Position numbers and translations under genes: made by a program
In this document: positions 38,227-50,200 of the stretch, one piece after another
Layout of the letters: each line of letters starts with the position of its first letter
Numbering within the stretch: the stretch's first letter is position 1
NCBI GenBank assembly: GCA_949358305.1
Contig: OX442314.1
Location: 28,334,001 to 28,398,000, forward strand
From: Strigamia acuminata
Taxonomy: Eukaryota
Length of the DNA: 64,000 bases
Direction of reading: 5' to 3'
The notes under the pieces: model-generated
What the model was told of the DNA's origin: nothing
Database searches by the model: none
What the model saw: only the letters and a program-made list of their open reading frames with translations

Positions 38227-41200
38227 TTAGATAGCCTGAATTAATATCTTTTTTTTTAACTTTTTTAACTCGAGAATATAATAAGAGGTGTTCTTTTATA
38301 TTTATTCTGAGTACCATAAACTGATTTACTATCTTTTGCAATAATTCTGGAATTGCAAGAATTGAAAGGCCAAGCATTAGTGCAAAAGAATTTCCAATAT
38401 CGCAACACAATGCAACTGCAGTGTAGGATAATATTTGAGTAATCTGTTCAATTATATTATTCAGTGGACTTAAACCAAGAACCTTGAATGGAAATGCTTC
38501 AGGATGTTGAAAGTAAACATAAGTGTTAAATATTTGTTCTTCACAAGGAGGGTGACATCCACAGTCTTTCGTTATGTCAACTTTTAAGGAATTCTTCATG
38601 AATAGTTGTAATGAAGAAATTGCTTCTTCAGCATTTGCACAGATATTATTTGTTACATTATCCAAAAATGGTAACCTACAAATATAAAGACATATTGCAA
38701 CTCATTGCAGTAACTCATTGTGTCGCCCCTTTCGACTTTCGCCGTGGACTTCCTCCTAGTCCTCTTGTACCGGCCCATACAGAATCTTTAGTAATGTTGC
38801 TCACATGCTCACATGCTCACATTCAATTCTGTGAAGAATTACGACTCACTTGCATCGAACAAAATTATAAATCAATTTTTTGTAACAATCATCCTGGCAT
38901 AGTTTGTATTTGACGTGGTCAAGGCAAGATTGTGCTCGTAAGTTTAATCGAACGGTCTAAAATAGAGCAAATGTTTCAAGAATTTATACGTAATAAACTG
39001 ATGTACGAGTATTACTTTAATCATCTTAAATGTAATAACAACTAAGGTGTTATCTACAACACTTCTTCTACTTCTGAGAATTGATGGTATTTCAGCATCA
39101 TTTTGTCGAAAGTATATCTACAAAAGAAATTACGATTACCAAACAATTTCTACATTTATACAAATAACTAAACGAAACCACAGTACAAGTAGTTCACCTG
39201 CACAATTTACACCTCTGAACCCATCCATATAAGCAGTTTACCATTAACCATAACTTTCCCTGATACATACATTACGTTACGTTTTCCACATATTCTGAGT
39301 GGTGAAAAATATTATAAAGAACAGTCACCATAGCCAATCTGTACTACAGGACTATTACACAATTGATCAAGACATACAAGATGGCATAAAAGGTGGGCCA
39401 CTGATGTGTTTAGTCTTGTATGTGGGTCTAAAGACCATTTATTTGATCGATGTCGAATGTTTCTGATGTCAATTTAGCGTTTTATTTCACACGATGTAAA
39501 CTTTTACTGCTTTAGAATCAAATGCGGTATTTGTATTTGCTTTACGATTGTTCCGTACGAAATTCCGTACGATTTATGTATCTACTAATGAGATTTGTTC
39601 TATTTTTCAATGTTAATGTTATTATCTGGCACTAGAGTGCCACACTTGTTTTCCTTGCAAAATCCAAGATGGCGCAACACACGGGCGTGTGTTGCCCTGA
39701 CTGTTTATCCACATCAAAGTAATGTATTTTCGTTTAATTAAATTGTTTTTAGTAGTTTTAACAATTGTACTTACTTTAAAGCACCTTCTGTGCTCTTTTG
39801 TGCGCGAATAAGCGGCCTTAAGCCGCGCGCTTGTTACGAAACGTATTGCGACGTATCGCAAACGTTCGCGTCGCAGACCGACGCCATTACGGCAATTTGC
39901 CGCACGCTTCTCGGCGATATCTCGCCGATATCTGCGCCCCTCTGTTCTACATTTGGTAGCAGAGGGTGGTTGCTGCCTAATTCCACGTTTATTTCGTTAA
40001 TTTTCGACGTATTTGTCGCGAAATTCGCGACTTGTGCGCCGAAATTCGTTTATTTTCAGGTACCGACGATCCTCGCCTCGTCAGTTTCGTTTTACGAACG
40101 TCTACGACGTACCGCCGACGTTCCACACAGCCAGGGCTGTTTATCCTACGATCATTTGACTAATTTTGTCCAAATTCTCGCGGGTTTCGCGGTTTTTGAG
40201 GCAAATTTATTTATTTTTGCAGATTTTTCGACAAAACTGGATTTTCGACACTGCTTAGCACGAAGCGGCAGTTCCAACGAGAACCGAACACTAGATTGTT
40301 CGCCGCTTAGTTCCCCGGTGAACGGCGGTTATCACCGATCTGTGCAAGTGGACGAAGAGCCTCGATTTATTCGAGAAGATTTCGGATTTCACATCCGAAA
40401 TAGCGCTTTCTCCAGCTTTTCGAGAAAGCTGCGCCGTGCCTTCATTTGCACGAGGATCGCATCCGCGATTGATTCGTCTATTTCTCCTTCTTTCGACTTT
40501 ACCTTTGTTAGAATTAAGGGTATTTTGGTGTGGGACCTTATTAGATTCGACACAGCTCTTCGGGCATTCCGTCCACCGCTGTGTTTGTATTTTGTGACAA
40601 GGCTGAGCCCTGCGCCACCTAGCATTCCCGTGACCCCAGGAGGTCGTAAAGGACGCTAGGGGGACACTTGTCACAAGCTATCAGCTGATTGTAGCATCGG
40701 CTCCCCCTTTGAAGGTTTCCGCCTCGAAAGTGTGTGTGAAGTGCTTCAGTTCAGTGCTCCGAATCGAAGTCAGCATTTGTGCAGTGCTCCAGTATTTAAC
40801 GTACCATTCCTTGAGTCAGTGTGTTCGTCGCGTTGTGTCGAGTTTTCCACTCCACAATGAAGAAAGCGTCGGAATTATCGGGCGGAACGGTTCCCGTACT
40901 CACCGTTGGGAACTATGAATCCTGGCAGCGCTCGATGCGCATGCTTCTAAAATCCGAAGGTTTATGGAGACACGTGACCGAGGAAAAGGAGGCCGAGCAC
41001 CTTGCAACTTTAAATGAAAAGGAAAAGGACCGTTATGCTGTGAAAAAGGACAAAGCACTTGGTCACATATATATTCACGTCAGTGAAGCGAAACGATCGG
41101 CCCTCGACGCTTGCAATACACCTAAGCAAGCATGGGACAAGTTGGCCACCATTTATGCACCGAGTTCCAGGGCCAGACGAGCGGCCATGAGATGGGAATT

Positions 41201-44200
41201 TTTGAGCCTCCAACTCAAACCTGGTGAAGACATGCCTGATTTCATCGGTCGTGTGGACCATTTTGTTCAACAATTAAAAGACGTTGGTGAAAATGTCTCA
41301 GAAGAACATCATTCTTTCCAATATCTCAAGGGTTTACCACCGGAATATTCCCAGGCCACGTTTGCAGTATACCACTGGCCCGACGCAAACTTTACTCCAA
41401 CCAAAGTGGCGGAACAGTTATTGTCCGAGCAGATGCGTTTAAAGGCAATGGGATTGACTAACCAACCGTCTGCACATACCTCGAAAGGACAGTTTCGCCA
41501 GCGTAATCAATCTCGCGGACCTCGAGATTTGTCTAAAATCAAGTGTTTTAACTGTGATCAAATGGGTCACTACGCTAATCGTTGCCCTCAACCACCACGT
41601 GGAGACGGGAATCAGTCCACAGCTTCTGTTCAGCGTTCGTCGCGAAGTAAAAGCCGCAGACGTAATAAAAATGCCGCTGCCAAAGTTGAAGACAATCGCC
41701 CACGCGGAAGTTCACGTCCGAAGCGAGAGGGGACATTCTTTTGCAGTGCTCCGCAGATTATTGAGCGTCCTACGGTCCATTTCATGCAATCCAATGAATG
41801 GATCGTGGATTGCGGGGCAACAGATCACGTTTCCCACGTGCGTGACTGGTTTACAGACTTTTCAAATATCCAGCCATTTGATATTGCGTTAGGCCAAGGC
41901 AAATCACAGGTGACAGGACGAGGGACAGTTCAATTGCTCACGTCGGTCGATGGCGCGGATTGCACCATCAATTTGAAGAACGTTCTCTTTGCGCCGAATT
42001 TCGAAGCCAATTTGATTTCGGTGTCAAAGATTGACAAGACCAATCACCATGTGCATTTCTTTAATGGAGAGGTGAATGTTTATCAGACAGACTTCCGTTC
42101 ACCTATTATTCGTGCGAGAGAACGCGGTGGATTATATTATTTGGACGGTTTATGCTCAACGCATCTTGTGACGCCAACTGTTTCAACAATTACTCAACCG
42201 CCAGTCCAGATATCACTCCAACCTGTGCAAACACTTGTCACAACAGAAGTAGATTTCGACAACGTGCCAAAGCCAAAGAAGGGCAAATCAAAACTACGGG
42301 AAATTTCAGACTTTCGCATAACTTTGCCTGCTATCGAACCAGCGAAGCAAATGCCAGTTCAGCAAACTCCTAACCCTCCTTTACCTGCACAAGTCACCAT
42401 TCCACCGCCTACCCAGAAAAATCCCAATATCCAATCCTATGTTGACATCCTAAAGTCCTTGCCACATGCCTTTCTACCCAGCGAAACCTCTAATCCAAAA
42501 CAGAAGGTTGTTGCTAATCCTACTACAGTGAAGGATGCAACTGGTTTGTGGCACAGTCGTCTTGGCCACCTTCATACGAACGCCATGAAGTTGTTAGCGG
42601 CCAATGAACAAGTCCATGGAATGGAGCCAGCAGAAGTCCGTCAGGAGTTAGCCTGCAATGACTGTCGTATTGCTAAATCTACGAGGGCTTCTCACAAGCC
42701 GGACCCACATCCCATGACTTCAAAGCCATTAGATCTTTTACACATGGATTTGTGGGGGCCAGCCCCAATCACTTCCTTGGGCGGCTCGGATTATGTATTC
42801 ACCATAATTGACGATGCAACACGCTACACCTGGATTTTTCCTCTGACACATAAATCTCAGACATTTGCTGCATTTAAAGACTTCGTCGCCAGAGTTGAGC
42901 GGGTTCAGAACACTACCGTAAAAGCAATCAGATCCGATAGGGGCGGCGAATTCATGTCAAATGAATTCTTGCATTATCTTCAAGAAAAGGGTATCCAGGG
43001 ACAGCGAACTAACCCCGCATCGCCACAAATGAACGGGACAGCAGAAAGGATAAACCGGACAATGGCCGACAGTGTCCGATCGATTATTTCAGAAACAAAG
43101 CTCCCTGATGCACTCTGGGCCGAACTCGCTGTTACCTTCGGGTATATAAAGAATAGGAGCCCACATTCCAGACTGAAACATCAAGTCCCATACATTCTTT
43201 GGCGACAAAGAGATTTATCATTACGCCACCTACGTAAAATAGGATCCAAATGTTGGGTGCATTACACTGCACCGGGACGCAAGAAACTGGAAGCGCGTGC
43301 TTGGGAAGGATATCTTGTTGGCTACGCCACCAGCACTCGCGGCTACAGAGTCTGGAATCCAGTCGAAGACAGAGTATATGAATCTATTCACGTTAAAATC
43401 GACGAACATCAATCTTATCGGAAGTCTTTGCGAGGTTCAACGCAAAGACCTGATGAAACATTCCTTGAAAACGGCAATGGACAACAATCCGTATCATTTG
43501 ACGATAATGTCAGATATCATCGTTGGCCGAAAGGGTCTGATTCTGATCGCTCTGATAACAGCGATAACGATGATGACAATGGCAATGACAACCAGACTTC
43601 AACATCTGCGTCAATGCATACACCTCTTGTCTACTTGCCGCCTCCGACGACACCTGAGCAGCGATTATTGGATGCATGTGCGTTGGAGTTACCAAGCTCA
43701 GCTAGTTTGAGACAATCTCAATCGTATCCTATTCTATGGATTCCACCAGATGAGGACGATACAGATGCCGATATTAATAAAATAGATGAACTTTCAATTT
43801 ATCCTGGAACATCTGAATTCACTGGCACGTCGCCCGAACAATCGCCATGTCAAACTCCACCACCTTCACCTGCTCGGTCGCATCGCCAAACTCCACCAAC
43901 TTCGCCTGACCGATCACATCATCAATCTGAAGCGTCAGCTGGACAGTTGGCTCATCAATCTCCGCCCGGTTCGCCAGCACGATATATCACGTATCGTCGT
44001 AAAGGGCGTGGAGCAGACTCAGGAAGTCATACTGTACCAGTATTCGATGACACCCCAATGTCTCCTGCTCCGATTCCTCCCATAACAGGAACTGAAGTTC
44101 CGGCAGCGACTGAGCGTCATACAGCACATATGTGGCGACTTGTCGGCGGGAATTCCGAATGTAGTAATTGGAGACGCGAAGAGCATCTTAGAAAAGATCA

Positions 44201-47200
44201 AGTACCTGGGAAGATTAGGACCGACGTTTACTATTTTCCAATGCCTGGAATCAGACTCAGATCACCGAAAGACATTGAAGAATATTGCATGCTCAACAAC
44301 ATAGACTATGAGCCTGAACTTTTCACGTTCCGCAATATTGAATACACGTTGCCAATTATCCCAGGACCCCAACATGCAGCCCATCTTTGTCGAACGGAAC
44401 CGGCCTCTTATGCCGAAATACCCAAATTCACGGACGCTCCGAAATGGCGCGAAGCCATCGATGAGGAGCTGGGAACGTTCGTCGAGAGAGAGGTCTATGT
44501 AGAAGTCCCTAGACCACCTAACACTACCATCTTGGGCTGCAAGTGGATCTTCAAATTGAAGACGGATGTAACCGGCACCATCACACGATACAGGGCCCGT
44601 CTAGTCGCGCAGGGATTTCGTCAAACGCTGGGCGTGGATTATGATGAAGTTTTCAGCCCAGTGGTGAATTTCGTTTTAATTCGCCTATTCTTCTGTCTCC
44701 TGGTTGTGTTGCGTGGTTGGAAGGACGCCCATCTTGACATTAAATGTGCGTACCTGTATGGTGAGTTAAAACACAAGGTTTACATGAGGATCCCTGCAGG
44801 TGCCACATGCTCCGACCCCAACAACGTTTGGCTACTCGTAAAATCGCTCTACGGACTGCACCAATCAGGAAGGCAGTGGTTTGAAAAGCTGGATGAAGCC
44901 CTTCGAGATCTTGGATTTAAGAAGATGCCGGCATGTAACTGTGTTTACACATTTGGGAATTCTGCCGTAATGTTGATCTATGTGGATGATATTGTTCTCT
45001 TTTATGCTTCAGACAGCATTTTCAGCCAGTTACTTGCCCTCATTAGTTCAAAGTTCCAGATAGTTAATCTTGGTCCAATCACGAGACTACTGGGCGTTGA
45101 GTTCATCCGTGACGCAGGGCGCACGTTCATCACACAACGTGCGTACATCGCAAAACTTGTGAAGAAATTTGGTATTGCAACCAACAATCGCATCAAGGTT
45201 CCCGTGACTCCCGGCACCACACTCGTGAGAGGGTCAACCGAAAATCTGGCAGACTTTCCCTACAGGTCACTCATTGGATCATTATTATTCCTGGCGTCAA
45301 GAACGCGCCCCGACATTCTTTACTCAGTGATTGCTCTGGCACAATTCAACACATGCTACAATCAAACGCATATCCGTGCATTGCTACAGGTCATGCAATA
45401 CGTCGCCAACACTGCGGACTTGTGCATTGAGTTGTCCGGTTGCACATCATCACAACTGTGGGCATTCACTGACGCGTCGTGGGCAAGCGATCCAGAAACA
45501 TCCTTGAGCTTCGGTGGCTACATCACCTATGTTGGAAACGTACCGATCGGCTGGTCTTGCCGAAAACAGTCAACCGTGGCATGCTCAACAATGGAGGCGG
45601 AGTTTATCGCCCTTGTTGAGTGTGTCAAGGAGCTGTATTGGTTGAATCACGTGTACACCCAGTTTCCAGCTTTGAATCGCCTATCTCGACCCGTCGTTTA
45701 TTCCGACGCCCTGGCCAGCATACAGTTCACCTCAAACGATGTGGAGAACTCGAAGACTCGACATATCCGCGTTCGTTATCACTGGCTCAGGGAATGGTTC
45801 ACGGCGGGACGCTTTGATCTCCGAAAAGTGGAAAGCGAGTTCAATGTCGCGGACATTTTCACGAAATGGCTCAGTTCGGAGCGTCTACGATCGCTGATTG
45901 CCAACATCTTCAGATCATAGACCTGCACTACCTTCAATAATGACATTCCTAAGTTATTTTTCCCAAAGTTGAGGATAATCGAGTTCAGTGGGAATCCTCG
46001 GGCTTCCTTAGTGAAGAGTTCTTCAATATCAGTACCCGGCTTGATTATTCGCCTATATTATTTGTTTTTCTGAATATAACACACTGTAATTCCAGCATCT
46101 GTTAGCTATCTCCCCTGTAATTATTCACCATCGAAGAGGGGATTTGTGGGTCTAAAGACCATTTATTTGATCGATGTCGAATGTTTCTGATGTCAATTTA
46201 GCGTTTTATTTCACACGATGTAAACTTTTACTGCTTTAGAATCAAATGCGGTATTTGTATTTGCTTTACGATTGTTCCGTACGAAATTCCGTACGATTTA
46301 TGTATCTACTAATGAGATTTGTTCTATTTTTCAATGTTAATGTTATTATCTGGCACTAGAGTGCCACACTTGTTTTCCTTGCAAAATCCAAGATGGCGCA
46401 ACACACGGGCGTGTGTTGCCCTGACTGTTTATCCACATCAAAGTAATGTATTTTCGTTTAATTAAATTGTTTTTAGTAGTTTTAACAATTGTACTTACTT
46501 TAAAGCACCTTCTGTGCTCTTTTGTGCGCGAATAAGCGGCCTTAAGCCGCGCGCTTGTTACGAAACGTATTGCGACGTATCGCAAACGTTCGCGTCGCAG
46601 ACCGACGCCATTACGGCAATTTGCCGCACGCTTCTCGGCGATATCTCGCCGATATCTGCGCCCCTCTGTTCTACATTGTAGTCAGTTTTATTGTTTATAG
46701 AGGGATTAAGATCTGGAATTTCAGATATTAATACGGTAGCTAATGGTTCTCTTGATTTTTTGAATTGAATATTCCATCTTTTCATTGTTATCTTTACCGT
46801 ACGGACTACTTAAAATTGCAATAACATTTTCCCGTTCTATTTTAACTGAATTGAAGCTAAATAATGGTAGAATGTAGAATCATATCTTAACACCATATGT
46901 TATGTTTAAAAAATTGTATGAAAATTGGTCATGACATGAACTTAATTTTGACCAATATTCTACTTATTTGGCAAGAAGTTGTACATTACTTCATACTCAT
47001 GCTGATTACATATTTGATATCGCAATGGTAATGGTTGTAGACTAAAAACTATTAGTGAGGCAGTTCCGGCATATTTTAGTGGTGCTGCAACAATATAATG
47101 CTCGTATTAATATTTTATGTACAATTTATATAAAATGTCTATTTATCTACCGATGTCAGATTGAAAGCATGTTCCAGTTGGCATAGCTATTTTACTCCAA

Positions 47201-50200
47201 GTTACATTAGTTTTTACTCCAGCAGCCTGCAAAAACAGTTATGATCAACTTTCAGTTAAATAACATACGTTTGTTTATTAAATGATGGGTCCAAACAGGC
47301 GTGACATCGCAATTTTGCCACAGGGATTTTGAAGCAAGTATCCGCGATGTATATGCAGATGTGAACCCATCTATTGCAGAATACTTACCAAATAGGCATT
47401 GTCCATTGCTAATTTATTTATCAAAGGCGTTTGGAATCGCCACACATCTTCTATTGACGGCTTTTTAAGAATATTAGTCATGTTCATTAATTTGATAAAA
47501 TGAATCTCGCATTCATTCTTGCCAATTTCTTTAGCATATGTGCGCCTGTACTTAGTCATTAATGGTCCATCCATACATGCAATTAAATTGGGTAAATACA
47601 ATGTGTGATTTTCTTGAATGATTACCACATATCTTGTCGGCTCACTTATATATAATTTGATTCTTTCTTTACTCACATAAACTGCCAATATTGCAGAAGT
47701 AAATATAAGCATTAAATTCAATGTAGATTGCAGTAAAAGTATTTTTTGTGGCTGCTGCATCACACTTTGAGAAACATCTTTCTTTTTGTCGATGACCAAA
47801 TGCATTTGCTTAGTAGTTTTCTTTTTTATGCTCGCTTTAAGTTGAGCAGGTCTGATGTATTTAGACATAATGGGAAGAAATATTTGAGCAATTTCAATCA
47901 AAGACAGAAGAGAAAATCCCAAAGAGAATCCCAAATTGCCCCCAAAATCGATTAATAAGTTTGGAATGGTGTAAATGTAGGTTTCTGTCATTCTGACAAA
48001 CAATTCTTCCAATACTTTAAGATTGAGACTTATTAGATCTTTGCCACTTGGTTCATCTTGAAAATCTAACTTAAAACATAATAATTTTGAGAATGATGCA
48101 TAAAAATAGAAGATGTTATAGTTTAACTTGTATCAGAATAGGCTATAAACAAATAAACATTCCGTTCACAAGGTCTCAAGCAACCACATTCAAATGATGG
48201 CAGTGTAGTCGTTTCATGGAAAAATGCTTCCTTATACATTTCAGCCACAATTGATTTGTTTGACTCTAAACTGCAATCCATCAAATTTTTGTTGGACATA
48301 AAAGGCAACCTGGTAAGTCAAAAATCTATGAGTTTATCAATATTTAGATGTTGCATGCAATTAGACCTGCATCGTTGAGGAATTTTTTTCCTCACACAAT
48401 CTTCGTAGCATTGGGTTTCCTTTTTCTTATCCGGTTCACAATAGGGATGTCTCGAAGCTAAAAATTGATACTACCAAAAAACCAATGCAGAATTACTATT
48501 TTTGGTGATCCGTCACAATTAACAAGATTGAAAATCTGATATCTGATATACCATATTCAAACTTATATACTTTTGTGAAGCACTACAAATATCACAATAT
48601 GTTTAACCTAATTGAGCTTACACTTCGAATAAAAAATTGAATATCTGATTCAATTCCTAACGCCACCGAAAAAGTGTATTGGTAAGACATGACGCTAACT
48701 ATCGTACTCATCTAATATTCAATTGTGCAAAAGTTACAAACTCCAATAAAATAGTAAAAGATGAGATGAGATTCTTACCGAAATGTGTGGCATTTGGCAG
48801 TTGGTTCTATACGTTTTAAGGAGCATGTGTGATTTCATATTTAGTGCTAATTTTCGATCTATAAATTTAGTCAATAATATTAAAAGTTCAAAATTATTTT
48901 TTGTTTGTTTTTAATTCTAACCAGAATTAAAGACCAACGATCGTCCAGTTACATCATTTCGATAGCTTAGTGAAATTTTTGTGTTATCCTTTCTAGAAAT
49001 TCCTTCTTTAATTGTTGTTTCATGCAATACAGTTTTGCCCTGAAAAGTTATACGATTATAGATGTAATTCAGCAGATTACTGTATACGTATTTTGATGAT
49101 CCTGATTTCATTTTCAAATAAAATTGTTATCACCACTAAAGAATTATCTGTAATCAATTACTCTGGCTTGGCACATGCCAAAACTAGCCAAGTGTGTCTG
49201 GAGGATCAAAACTCCCAAGGCACACTTCATCCTAATTTAGCTAGGGTAATTTGCAGAAGCAACCGTTTTGGTGCAACAATTTCTTTGTTGCACCAAAACT
49301 AGCTTATGCGCACATTTATTGCGTGGGACCGGAGTGTGCTCTGCCCCAAATTTTGGAGCTTGAGCCTCGGCTTGAGCCCACTATCAACATCAACATCAAA
49401 TTGGAAACACATCGTCACTGCCTTGGAAAAAATTCAGGTATTGATCGTGTTTGTTTGATTAGTTGAGTCTCTGCTGCTTTAAATACATTTAGTGAAATTA
49501 GCCACTTGCCTCTGTGTGTGCTAAATACCATTTAGCACACGGACTTTGCGATCTTTGGGTAAGGGGCCGTCCATAAATTACGTAACGCCTGGAGGGGGGG
49601 AGGGGGTTTCAAATTTTGTTACGGGTTTGTTACGACGGGGAGGGGGGGGGGGTTCTTAATAACTTTTTTTTTAACATTTTTAAAATTTTTTTTTAAATTT
49701 TTGAAAATTTTTAAAAAATTTTGAAATTTTTAAAAAATTTTGAAATTTTTGAAAATTTTTTGCAAAATTTTTGAAAATTTTGAAAACTTTTGTATTATAA
49801 GCTTGTATCAAATTTTTTTTTTTGGGGGGGGGGGGTGGTGAGTTTTGTTACGTAATATAATATTCTAGGGGGGGTTTGTGGATTTGTTACGACCTTGTTA
49901 CAAGGGGGGAAGGGGGTCTAAAAATCGAAAAATCAGCGTTACGTAATTTATGGACGGCCCCTAACGCCCAAAGCCTTGCGCTCGTCGCCGACCATCGTGA
50001 GCCGCCATTGAGCTTGCTCTGGCGCTCGCCAACGCCGCCCGAGCAACCTTACGTTCGTTGCTGCCATCTCGAATCACCGTTGAGCGTGCTCCGGAGTTCG
50101 CCTTCGCTGCTCGAGCGATCTGTTGTGCAGAATTCGTTCACTCCATATTTGCGCACAACAATCTGTTGTGCGCCTTTCTTTGTTTCCTTTTCATTTTATT

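Larger units (their letters stand above)
39421..46675 (+). mobile_element. Full-length Ty1/copia LTR retrotransposon carrying an MBD (CopiaMBD-like)
   Basis: 531-bp LTRs 39421-39951 and 46145-46675 (TG..CA, no differences seen by eye), 5-bp TSD TTGTA, PBS TGGTAGCAGAGGGTGGTT, polypurine tract GAAGAGGGGA before the 3' LTR, one long ORF. The empty site cttgtagtc is present in paralog D near 58521. Confidence 0.97.

Noticed and set aside
39790..40659. 289-aa plus-strand ORF spanning the LTR and leader
   Set aside because: Non-ATG start inside the LTR, crosses the PBS, no domain-like features.
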